A stretch of DNA of 64,000 nt, taken from positions 92,566,001-92,630,000 of the forward strand of contig NC_082718.1 of the NCBI RefSeq assembly GCF_030144855.1, in the 5' to 3' direction. Under the pieces are notes generated by a model. It saw only the letters and a list, made by a program, of their open reading frames with translations. It made no database searches and had not been told where the DNA came from. The position numbers were made by a program, and so were the translations under genes. Origin of the DNA: Hypanus sabinus. Taxonomy: Eukaryota. This document shows positions 12,995 to 23,700 of this stretch, one piece after another (the first letter of the stretch is position 1; each line of letters starts with the position of its first letter).

Positions 12995-14010
12995 ATGGCG
13001 AACTCGACCCCGGAATGTGCTCCTGGTGAAGATGTTAACTCGTCCTACAACCCGCCCGTAATTATCGTTACATTCATCCTCGGGATTGTTGGAAATACGG
13101 TTGCTTTGTGGATCTTTTGTGCTCATGTGAAGTCCCGGAAACCGAGTATTGTGTATTCACTGAATCTGATGATTGCGGACACTCTGTTATTGTGCTGTCT
13201 ACCCTTCCGAGCTGATTATTTTCTCCGAGGGAAGGACTGGATTTTTGGTGATGGACTGTGTCGACTGAACATTTTTATGATTTGCCTGAACCGGATTGGC
13301 AGCGTCTTCTTTCCTCATGGTTATTGCGATCGATCGTTACTTTAAGGTGGTCCATCCACTCCACAAAGTAAACAAGATCACTACAAGGTGTGCGGTGGTG
13401 ATAGCCGGCGGTCTGTGGATTGTAGCAGCGGCTATTTGTTTGCACTTGCTGATAGACAAACATGATTTCAAACAGCACAACGTGAGAAACTGTGAGCCTT
13501 TCAGCATTAACAAGGCTCTGAGTCCCACAGCAGTTTGGACTGACTTTATTTTTATATTCTTTCAGTTTCTTTTGCCAGTTTCAGTAATCCTCTTCTCTAC
13601 GTCCTCCATCATCTGGAGGTTACGGCAGATGGAAACTGGAATGCGGGGTAAATATAAGCGAACTGTGAAACTTGTGACAGTCGTGGCTGCAGTTTTTGTC
13701 ATTTGCTTCTTGCCCACCAGTGTTGCTGTGGTCGCGGTTTTGGTCACTAAACTAAGAAGACCCTTCGACTGCAAGTCGTATCACACAGCAGTGAATATCT
13801 TTTACAATACGCTGTTTATAACGTATCTGAACGTATCTGAGTGTGGCCGATCCCATTGTTTACGATTTTTCTACTTCGTAGTTTCAACATGCTTTCGAGA
13901 AGGCTCTATTTGATCTCATTTTAAGCTCTTCCAGATCAGCCACTGAACCCGGAACATCCAGGGAGGAGCAGACTGTGGATCAGCAAACGAGCTCTGTAAC
14001 AGCTTTCTGA
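12995..14010 (+). pseudogene. HCAR-like GPCR pseudogene psi2
   Basis: +1 C insertion at 13309 (gtcttCtttcctc vs gtctttttcctc). Net +7 templated insertion at 13821-13840 (acgtatctga twice) disrupts TM7. Split over ORFs 12968-13345 and 13296-13913. Confidence 0.92.
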
Positions 14011-14487
14011 TCGCTCAGGGTCCGCGTGTACTAGATGCCCTCAAAGCAAAGGTGATTAATGCGCTCGAAAGCAGAAAATGATCAAATGGTAATATTTTTT
14101 CGGAAGGGTAAGTTGATCTGAACGAACAAGTTCCCTAATACACTTCCCTTTATGTAGAGAAGAGATTGCATCGTATCTACAAAACTCAGTTTATTTCAGA
14201 GCTTGTTCGTTAAGAAACTCTTCCTTTCTTTAAAGCAGCTTCCCCAATTTTTTTAATGCCTTGGGGTCTTACAATTACCTGAAGGGTCGGTGGAACACAG
14301 ATTGGATTTCCTGGTTTAATGGGAAGGGTTGTATGTTATGTATGGGTATTTAGGATTTCTCTTTCCGTAGAAGCAACTGCTTCCTCAGATGAATTCAACC
14401 TGCGTGTCTTCATTGTCGCTAGCTTCTACCCGTTATAGTGGGCCAATCTCAGGTTGACTGACTGCCCATCAGTATCTGCAGTAATCT

Positions 14488-15490
14488 TTTCCTTCTTTTT
14501 TAATCTTCTTCTTCTTATTATTAATATCAACATGATAAGATTAATACATAGATAGTGGGATTACAAACTTCAAATTTTAAACTGAACATGAAAGGATACA
14601 CAATCAATAGTTACAATATAGTCAAGTCTTCCGAAATCATGAATGATACAATTATCATATAAACAAAGCAAAACTTGGTATATCATATATATGTAAAAAA
14701 AAGAAAAGAGAAAAACAAAAAAAAATAACCCTAAGAAAAAGTAATCTAAAGCCTAATAACTAATAAAGGGAAAAAAGGAAGAAAAAATATAATGAATAAG
14801 GGGCTGTTTATAGTATCTTTAATAAAAAAAATACAAAATCATCAGTGTTGCCAAATCCGATTGTCTCAACATATGTATAATCAAAAGCGGAAAAACGAAT
14901 AGGTTTGGAGCAGGGTCAAATTACATCATATGAAAATATTGAATAAATGGTCTCCATGTCTTTTCAAATTTAATAGAAGGGTGAAATACAACACTTCTAA
15001 TTTTCTCCAAATTTAGACATAACATAGTTTGAGAAAGCCAATGAAATACAGTAGGGGGATTAATTTATTTCCAATTCAACAAAATAGATCTTCTAGCCAT
15101 TAATGTAAGAAATACAATCATTCGACAAGCAGAAGAAGATAAATGGATTGAGTCCATTATTGGTAAACCAAAAATTGCAGTAATAGGATGAGGTTGTAAA
15201 TCAATGTTCAATACCGTGGAAAAATATCGAAAATGTCTTTCCAATATTTTTTCAAAAGCGGACCTGACCAAAACATTTGAGATAAAGACGCTATCTCAGA
15301 ATGACATCTGTCACATATAGGATTTATATAGGAATAAAAACGAGCCAACTTATCCTTGGACATATGAGCCCTGTGCTCAACTTTAAACTATATTAATGAA
15401 TGTTTAGCACATATAGATGATAAATTGACTAATTGAAGAATTTTATCCCAATTCTCAATAGGGATAGTAAGGTTAAGTTCTGTTTCCCAA
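14488..15490 (-). mobile_element. 3' fragment of a second, distinct L1 family, antisense to psi2
   Basis: ORF 15065-15271(-) (PHPITAIFG, LMARRSILLNWK) is homologous to, but divergent from, the main L1 C-terminus. A-rich tail near 14490-14520. Confidence 0.8.
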
Positions 15491-15519
15491 GGATGATCAG
15501 GATTTGCAACAGAGATGAC

Positions 15520-15762
15520 TATGCACTTCTTAAACCAGAGGGTGGCAAATCTGGGGAATTCTTTGCCACGGATGACTTTGGTGGTGAAATCATTTGGTGC
15601 ATTTAAAGTGGAGGTTGATGGGTTCTTGATTAATCAGGGCATGAAAGGTATGGGAATGAGGCAGGAGAACGAGATTGAGAAGAATAATGAATCAATCATG
15701 ATGGAATGATGGAGCAGAATCGATGGGCTGAATGGCCCAATTCTGCTCCTATGTCTTATGGG
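15520..15762 (+). mobile_element. Uninterrupted CR1 3' end, the empty L1 target site (mirror ~37178-37420)
   Basis: ccacggATGACTTTGgtggtgaaatc is contiguous here but split by the L1 at 20794/26080. Confidence 0.8.
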
Positions 15763-16639
15763 TGTCAATGAAGTTACCAGAGTGTTGTAAGAGCCTCTCT
15801 GCTATACTAATGTTAAAATAATTATGCTAACCTGGTCGGCTCCATCTAGGAATGTCAACCAACAGCAATTTACTTGCTCTAATTCTTTGGAAATGACTGT
15901 TGTGGATCACTTGTTTGCAGCTAAGAACTCCAACACAAGATGGCAGTGTTGAAAAGAATGAACACCGAACATCCCTTGTGAAGAATGTCTTTACAAACAA
16001 GGGCGTGTGGGATACTGGGATAGCAGGTGCTTTCCACATCCTGCCCCCAAACCCTCCCGCCGCACCCACAGAATCAAATTAAAATATCTCCAGCGTTGTT
16101 TATTCCATTATTTCACACAGGCCAGCCTGAGCTTCAGTACGTCTATGCATACGTGCACGATTGCACACATGCAGATAGTTGAATTGGGGAAGCTAGAATG
16201 TGGAAGAACGTTGTGATGCACGGTCGTGTGTGCTCAGATATATGCTTGTGATTTAACTGCATGCATGCTCGTATGCAGAGGTACGCTAGTTATTGAGAAC
16301 TATGAGTAGGGCAGCTGTGCAGCAGTGAATGATTTTAATACGCACTGAACTGCTTCACCACATTCTAAACATCACGATGCAGTGTGGCCCGAGAGACCGT
16401 TGCAGCCTCTCCTCCCAGAAGCATGGGGAATCGTGGCCAGGCTGCATGAAGGAGAGCAGAACTGACTTTTAACTTCCATTCTGCAGATATTTGTGGTAAC
16501 ACGAAATCTACTCTAGGAATGTGCTTATCTCGCTGTACTCTGTGAGTAATATGCACAGAACTGCAATTAAATATATTTAGATGGATTTGAATAATGTTTT
16601 GCTCATTTCACTGAGGGCATCTGCAGGACCAATTTACCA

Positions 16640-17750
16640 GTACCCTGAGACCTCATCCTTAATGATCAACTCTGACATCTTCCCAACACCGAGGTGAGAT
16701 GAACTGGCCTACAGTTTCCTTTTCCTTTCTCTCTCCTTTTTTGAAGAGTGTGGTGACTTTGGCAATTTTCCCATCTTCCAGAACCATTCCAGAATCCAGT
16801 GATTCTTGAAAGATATTGCCTGATCTCTTCAGAAATCTGGAGCATACAGTATCTGGTCGAGGTAACTTATCTACCTTCAGACCTTCCAGCTTTCCAAGAG
16901 TCTTCTCTCCAGTCATGGCAGCTTCTCACACTTCACGACCCCTGTCACTGGAGCCTCCACCTTCCTGCTAGTGTCTTCCACAGTGAAAATGGATGCCAAA
17001 TAATTGGTCTGTTTCTTTGCTATTTCATAGCCTCCCATTACTACCAGTCCAGCGTGATTTTGCAATGGTCCAATATCCACTCTCACTTCTCTTTTATTGT
17101 TTATGTATCTGAGGAAGCTGTTTGTATTAAACTCTTTAATATTATTGCTTAGCTCACTTCTGTATTGCATCCTTACCTTCCAAGTGATATTCTTAATGCC
17201 TTCTGTTGCTTTTTAAAAGCTCCCCAATCCTCTAACTTCCCACTAATTTTCACTCTATTATATGCCGTCTGTTTGGCTTTTATGTTGGCTTTGACTTCTC
17301 TTGTTAGCCATGGTTTGTCATCTTTCCTTTAAAGTGCTTCATCCTCTCTGGGATGTATATATCCTCAGTTTTCTGAATAGCTTCCAGAAATTCTAGGTAT
17401 TGCTGTTCTACTATCAGCCCTGCCAGTTATTCTGGTCAAATCCTCCCTCATGCTTCTGTAATTCCCTTTACTCCACTGTAATACTGATACATCTGACTTT
17501 AACTTCCCTTCTCAGATTTCAGGGTGAATGCAATCAAATTATGATCAATTTCCCCTGAGGTTTCTTTTACCTTAAGCTCTCTAATCAACTCTGGTTTATC
17601 GCACAACACCTAATCCAGAATAGCTGGCCGTCTAGTGGGCTCAACCAGCAGCTGCTCTAGAAAGCCCTCTCATAGGCACTCTGGAAATCCCCCTCTCCAG
17701 TAATCCAGCACCAACTTGATTTTCCCAATTTACCTGCATATTGAATTCCA
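16640..17750 (-). mobile_element. CR1 ORF2 fragment (paralog)
   Basis: ORFs 16659-16916(-) and 16913-17170(-). Confidence 0.8.
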
Positions 17751-19123
17751 CCGTGACTGTTGTAATATTGCTTTTCTGCATGCATTGCATTGAATCTTAT
17801 GCTTTCTGGGAGCAAAGTTAACAAACTTTGAATACAACTTAGCAATGCGTTGAATTTTGCTGTATGTAGAACGTCATATATGATCATTCTGAATAAGCTT
17901 ACTTGTCTCTGAAATGTTGTGACTGTGTTACTGTTCTGCTTTGCACAATGGAAAAATCAGCCCAGGAATGGGTCTCCAGTGAGGCTGTCAATTCTGCTCA
18001 TAGCCCGCCAGTAATTGTAGCACAATCTTCCTCAGTCTAATCAGAAAAACAACTCTTTGTAGGTATTATAATATCATCTAAAATCATGGGAACTATTGTG
18101 CAAATGCAAATATAAATGAAGAGCAATAAATGAGGAGAACATGAAGTAACAATAAACAAGTAAGTTTATGTGTTCATAACGTGAGATCATTGGTTGTGGG
18201 AACAGCTGAAACAGAATGAGTGTTGTTTTTGTTCCAGAGCTTGATACCAGAACTGTTGTTGAACTTGAAGAAACTCAGTGCAATTGTTGTTTGAACCAAA
18301 CATTAGAGATGGAAGGAAATGTGATCTAAATGACATTGGCCATAGAATGATTGTTGGTTCCAGATGGGGTGGACTGAATATATCAGGAAGTGCTGATCTT
18401 TGGGACTTTCACTCACAACAGTATAGAGAATGGACCAAAAAACAAACAAAATAAAAACATCCAGTGAGAAGCAGTTCTGTTGGTGAAAACGTTTTGTTAA
18501 TGAGAGGTCAGAGGCGAATGGCCAGATGGGTTCTTGCTGACAGGAACTCCAATAACCATTTGTTACAACAGCGTGGTGCAAATGAGCATCTCTGAAAGCT
18601 GAGCCTTGAAATAGATTGGCTACAGCTGCAGGGGACTACGAACATACAGTCGGTCGCCTCTTTATTAGGTCGAGGGTTTACCTAATAAAGGGGCCACTGA
18701 GTGTACTGTAACCTGTGATCAAATCCTCAACGTGTGTGCAGCAGCTGTTTCTAGGCTATTATTCGTGAGTGGGAACGTGAATGATGCCAACGTTCATTCT
18801 GGATCTGGCAGCTAACAGGGCACCTGAAATCGGGGCCTTACTGAGAACGGAAGGGCACACTTCCACTCGGACCATTTGGGATTGCTTTTAGTTTAACACC
18901 ACATACTCTGGATGGGAAGGGAGGGAGTCAGTCTGAGTGAAGAAATGGAATGAGGAATTGCTCCTAATAAGGGTAAAGAGCTGATGATGAAAGAAGGTGC
19001 GTACTTTATAGTGAGGCTTGCCACAGTTCCATTTGTGTGACAAAGTGCAAGTTCAGTGTGGTTTATGGCAACTAACAACTTCAAACAAACTCATTCGACG
19101 AAGACCAGCTTGTTCAACTTCGA

Positions 19124-19153
19124 ATGAGTTCGCTCCGCTCTGAAACATCTTGA
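19124..19153 (+). promoter_or_regulatory. 9-codon upstream ORF (MSSLRSETS*), present in all five compact copies
   Basis: ATG AGT TCG CTC CGC TCT GAA ACA TCT TGA, ending 23 nt before the main ATG. The psi copies have AAG in place of this ATG. Confidence 0.6.
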
Positions 19154-19176
19154 CTGCGCGGCCGCTTTTTTGTACA

Positions 19177-20184
19177 ATGGCGAACTCGACCCCGGAATGT
19201 GCTCCTGGTGAAGATGTTAACTCGTCCTACAACCCGCCCGTAATTATCGTCACATTCATCCTCGGGATTGTTGGAAATACGGTTGCCTTGTGGATCTTTT
19301 GTGCTCATATGAAGTCCCGGAAACCGAGTATTGTGTATTCACTGAATCTGATGATTGCGGACACTCTGTTAATGTGCTGTCTCCCCTTCCGAGCTGATTA
19401 TTTTCTCCGACAGAAGGACTGGAGTTTTGGTGAAGGACTGTGTCGACTGAACATATTCATGATTTCCCTGAACCGGATTGGCAGCGTCTTTTTCCTCATG
19501 GTTATTGCGATCGATCGTTACCTTATGGTGGTTCATCCGCTCCACAAGGTAAACAAGATCACTACAAGGTGTGCGGTGATGATAGCCGGCGGTCTGTGGA
19601 TTGTAGAGGTGGCTATTTGTTTGCACTTGCTGATAGACAAACATGATTTCAAACAACACAACGTGAGAAACTGTGAGCCTTTCAGCATTAACAAGGCTCT
19701 GAGTCCCACAGCAGTTTGGACAGACTTTATTTTTATATTCTTTAAGTTTCTTTTGCCAGTTTCAGTTATCCTCTTCTCTACGTCCTCCATCATCTGGAGG
19801 TTACGGCAGATGGAAGCTGGAATGCGGGCCAAATATAAGCGAACTGTGAAACTTGTGACAGCCGTGGCTGCAGTTTTTGTCATTTGCTTCTTGCCCACCA
19901 GTGTTGCTGTGGTCGCGGTTTTGGTCACTAAGCTAAGAAGACCCTTCGACTGCAAGTTGTATCACACAGCAGTGAATATCTTTTACAATACGCTGTTTAT
20001 AACGTATCTGAACAGTGTGGTCGATCCCATTGTTTACTATTTTTCTACTTCGCAGTTTCAACATGCTTTCGAGAAGGCTCTACATGATCTTAATTTAAGC
20101 TCTTCCAGATCAGCCACTGAACCCGGAACATCCAGGGAGGAGCAGACTGTGGATCAGCAAACGAGCTCTGTAACAGCTTTCTGA
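19177..20184 (+). CDS. HCAR/OXER1-group GPCR, copy A3, intact, 335 aa
   Basis: Protein identical to A1 except KPS vs KPN. In-frame TGA at 19141 upstream of the ATG. Confidence 0.92.
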   Translation: MANSTPECAPGEDVNSSYNPPVIIVTFILGIVGNTVALWIFCAHMKSRKPSIVYSLNLMIADTLLMCCLPFRADYFLRQKDWSFGEGLCRLNIFMISLNRIGSVFFLMVIAIDRYLMVVHPLHKVNKITTRCAVMIAGGLWIVEVAICLHLLIDKHDFKQHNVRNCEPFSINKALSPTAVWTDFIFIFFKFLLPVSVILFSTSSIIWRLRQMEAGMRAKYKRTVKLVTAVAAVFVICFLPTSVAVVAVLVTKLRRPFDCKLYHTAVNIFYNTLFITYLNSVVDPIVYYFSTSQFQHAFEKALHDLNLSSSRSATEPGTSREEQTVDQQTSSVTAF

Positions 20185-20407
20185 TCGCTCCGGGTCCGCG
20201 TGAACTAGATGCCCTCAAAGCAAAGCTGATTCATGCGCCCGAAAGCAGAAAATGATCAAATGGTAATATTTTTCTGGAGGGTAAGTTGATCTGAACGAAC
20301 AAGTTCCGTAATACACTTCCCTTTCTGTAAAGGAGAGATTGCATCTCATCTACAAAACTACGTTTATTTCAGAGCTTGTTCGTTAAGAAATTCTTCCTTT
20401 CTTTAAA

Positions 20408-20485
20408 GCAGTTACCCCAATTTTTTTATGCCTTGGGGCGTTACAATTATCTGAGGGGTCGGTGGACCACAGGTTGGAAATCCTG
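20408..20485. mobile_element. Possible degenerate ~80-bp hAT-like MITE in the 3' flank of every gene copy
   Basis: Imperfect termini cagttaccccaa...ttggaaatcctg resemble CAGGGGTTCCCAA-type hAT TIRs. Confidence 0.4.
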
Positions 20486-20794
20486 GTTTTAATGGAAGGG
20501 TTGTATGTTATGTATGGGTATTTAGGATTTCCTCTTTCCATAGAAGCAACCGCTTCCTCAGATGAATTCAACCTGCGTGTCTCCATTGTAGCTAGCTTCT
20601 ACCCGTTATAGTGGGCCAATCTCAGGTTGACTGACTGCCCATCAGTATCTGCAGTAATCTATTCATCCAAGAACAACCCTACCTATGGACTTTCTGTCAG
20701 AAGGAAAGTGATGTTAGGAGTTGCTGGGATGGTGCCAAACTGCATGCACCCAGAGGGTGGCTAATCTGTGGAATTCTTTGCCACGGATGACTGT

Positions 20795-23700
20795 AGAGGG
20801 CGTCAGCCGAATTACGTCCTCGATCAGTTGTACTTTCTTAGCATTACTACACGACTAAAGAAGCTATTCTTCGAGGAGCCAGAGAGGAACGGAAATTACT
20901 CTTTAATTCAACAGACATTCGTATAGTTGAAGATTATCCCCCCGAAATCTTTGCCGAAAGAAAGAAATATTGAGAAGTTATGAGTGAAATGTATAAATTA
21001 GATTTAAATCCCTCCCTTCGCTTTCCAGCAAAGCTGATAATTTTCCGTGAAAAATCTCAACCATTGAGAATCTACTCTCCTCACAAGGGATGAGAGTATA
21101 TTAAAAAGTTTAAAGTTAAGCCTACTGAATAAAATATTAAAGATATATCGATTATTCAATAGCCAATTTTGAAGTATCTGTTATATGAGTTGTTTATGGG
21201 GCTTTTGAGTTAAGTACATGTTATACCTTTTCACTCTCTGGTAGTCTCTCTGGTGGTAGATGTAATTCTGTTTTTTACCTTAATTAATACATATATAACT
21301 GTTTTGTAGGGAACGTTTATAGTATTGTACTTTAGTGGTCCGTGTAGGAGCTGTTGTGTATTAATCTTTGTATTTTTTTTATTTGTTTCAATACGTATAG
21401 TTTTAGGTCTGTTATGTACATATATTCATTTATTTTTCTTTTTCGAGAGAAAGAATATACTTTGTAACAATATTTACTCGGATTTATTCTTTCTTTTGAA
21501 TATGTGTTTAAGCTACTTTAGCTGATTCTAAGATGGCCGTGGTTGATTATGTTTTTATTAATGTTAGACACAACATTATAGTAGTTGAATTCTGTTTGTG
21601 CCTTTTATTATAGCTATTTTCCGTGGGATTTCTGTTTTTTTTATATATGGAGCTGCAAGTTGGAGAACAGGGTCAAAGTTGATTAGTTAGCATGTGACCA
21701 GCCTATTGGCTTCTTCCTTTCTATCTATTGGACGGGGGGAGGGGGCAGGGGTCTATTACAGTCGGTGTTTTTCTTGATTGGGCAGTTCTTTTGATGGATT
21801 TCTCTATCGTAAATGTGTCACCCCTTCCGTTTGTACCCGCGACTTTGGTTTAATCTGTACTTAAGTAACATTTCTTTTATATAATATTAAACTCAATTTT
21901 AAACATGGATGTTAATAAAATTAATATAATATCTTGGAATTGGAACAGTGTCAATCATCCCATTAAGCTTAAAAAGATTTTTAAGAAATTAAACACACAA
22001 TGCTGATACTATTTTTGCGCAAGAAAATCATATACGAAAACAGGATGGGGATAGATTTTTTCGCTTTTGGAAAGGTTCTCTTTTTCCCTCACTGTCGGAT
22101 AGTAAAACAAGAGGCGTTTCTATATTACTTAGTCTCAAAACCCTTTTTGTACACCTTAATACTACTACTGATTTGATTGGAAGATATTTAATTGTTACTG
22201 GTTTATTATGCGAGTAAAAGGTAACTCTGGTGAGTGTATACGCACCTAATGTAGATAATTCTGATTTTTTAACGAAACTTTTTTCAGTGTTCCCGAATCT
22301 CAATGAATATAAACTGATCATGGGTGGTGACTTTAACTGTTGCTTAAATCCTGCGATTGACAGGTCATCAACCAATCCGTCGCGTCCTAATAAGGCGGCA
22401 GCTTATATTAACTCTTTTTTATTAGAATATGGCCTTGTTGATATTTGGAGATATAAACACCCGAATGATAAAGATTTCTCCTTTTTTTCACACGTCCATC
22501 ACAAATATTCTCGAATTGATTACTTTTTTTTAGATACACGTCTGTTGTACTCCGTTGCTGAATGTGCGTATGACAGCATTGCGCTTTCAGATCACGCGCC
22601 TTTAAAGTTAACCTTTAAGCTCCCGGATAGAGTTTTGAAAATCTCACAGTGGAGACTGAAGTCCGTTTTGTTACGGGATCCAGCATTTGTTAATTTTATT
22701 AAGGAGCAAATTTCTATATTGTTTGAATTTAATACAACGGAAGGAATGTCAAATCTGCTTATATGGGACACCTTGAAATCTTTTTGAGGGGACAGATAAT
22801 CTCATATTCAGCAGCCTTGAGAAAGAAAACGAAAGCGGAATTGTCAGTGCTTATTAATAAAATTAAACAGATAGATAAAGCGTATTCAGTTAAACCTACT
22901 GAAGACCTATATAAAGAAAGGGTCGAACTTCAATCACAGTATGATTTAGTTCTGACCGTTCCCATTGAACAGCAAATTTTTAAATCTAAAAGTTTATTTT
23001 ATATACATGGGGAAAAATCTGCTAAACTTTTAGCGGGTCAGTTAAAGGCTGGGATGATCAGAAGACAGATTTTAAAAATTCGCCGACCAGATAGAAAAGA
23101 ATCTTTAGATCCTTATGAAATTAATAAGATATTTATGGACTTTTATTCTAATGTTTATAAATCTGAATTCTCTGATATTAATATTACTATGAATAGATTT
23201 TTGCAAAGGTTAAACATACCTCAAATTTTGATTCCAGATGCTGATATGTTAGATGCACCTATTAAATAAGAGGAGATAGCCAAGGCTATATCCTCTATGC
23301 AATTAGGTAAAGCTCCGGGATCTGATGGTTATACGGTAGAATTTTATAAGATCTTTCACGAAACGCTTATAACGCATCTTCATCAAACGTTCACTGATTC
23401 GACATCTTCCGGGAACCTTCCTAAAACTTTTTATGAAGCACTAATTTCATTGATTCCATAAAAAGGGAAAGACCCACTGGAATGAGTATCCAATAGACAT
23501 AGTTCTTTACCGAATGTAGATTTTAAAATCCTCTGTAAGATTCTAGCAAATGGTCTTGAGAGTATCTTGCCTAATGTTATCTCAAACGATCAAACAGGAT
23601 TTATTAAAAATAGGTAATCACATTTTAATATTCGAATATTATTAAATATCATTTATTCCCCTTCAACCAAAGAATCTGAATGTGTTGTATCTTTGGAGGC

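Larger units (their letters stand above)
1..18070 (+). repeat. Left arm of a large inverted segmental duplication (partner 34860-52953)
   Basis: Mirror-image ORF pairs whose coordinates sum to ~52930-52955, e.g. 12968/39975, 11421/41518, 9407/43531, 17657/35272. Confidence 0.95.
18029..20584 (+). repeat. Near-identical inverted copy of 1-2556
   Basis: Coordinates sum to 20585 (401/20184, 2004/18581, 1501/19084) and the small-ORF translations are identical. Confidence 0.93.

Noticed and set aside
12995-14010. GPCR copies as retrocopies
   Set aside because: Kilobases of flank are co-duplicated, with no poly(A) tail or TSD. The 6.1-kb loss removes the AG plus a few following bases and has no GT at its left edge, so it is not precise intron loss.
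19150-19176. 344-aa form with an N-terminal MTARPLFCT extension (all copies)
   Set aside because: It begins at TTG. The ATG 27 nt downstream has strong Kozak context and gives a normal N-terminus with NST and NSS sequons.
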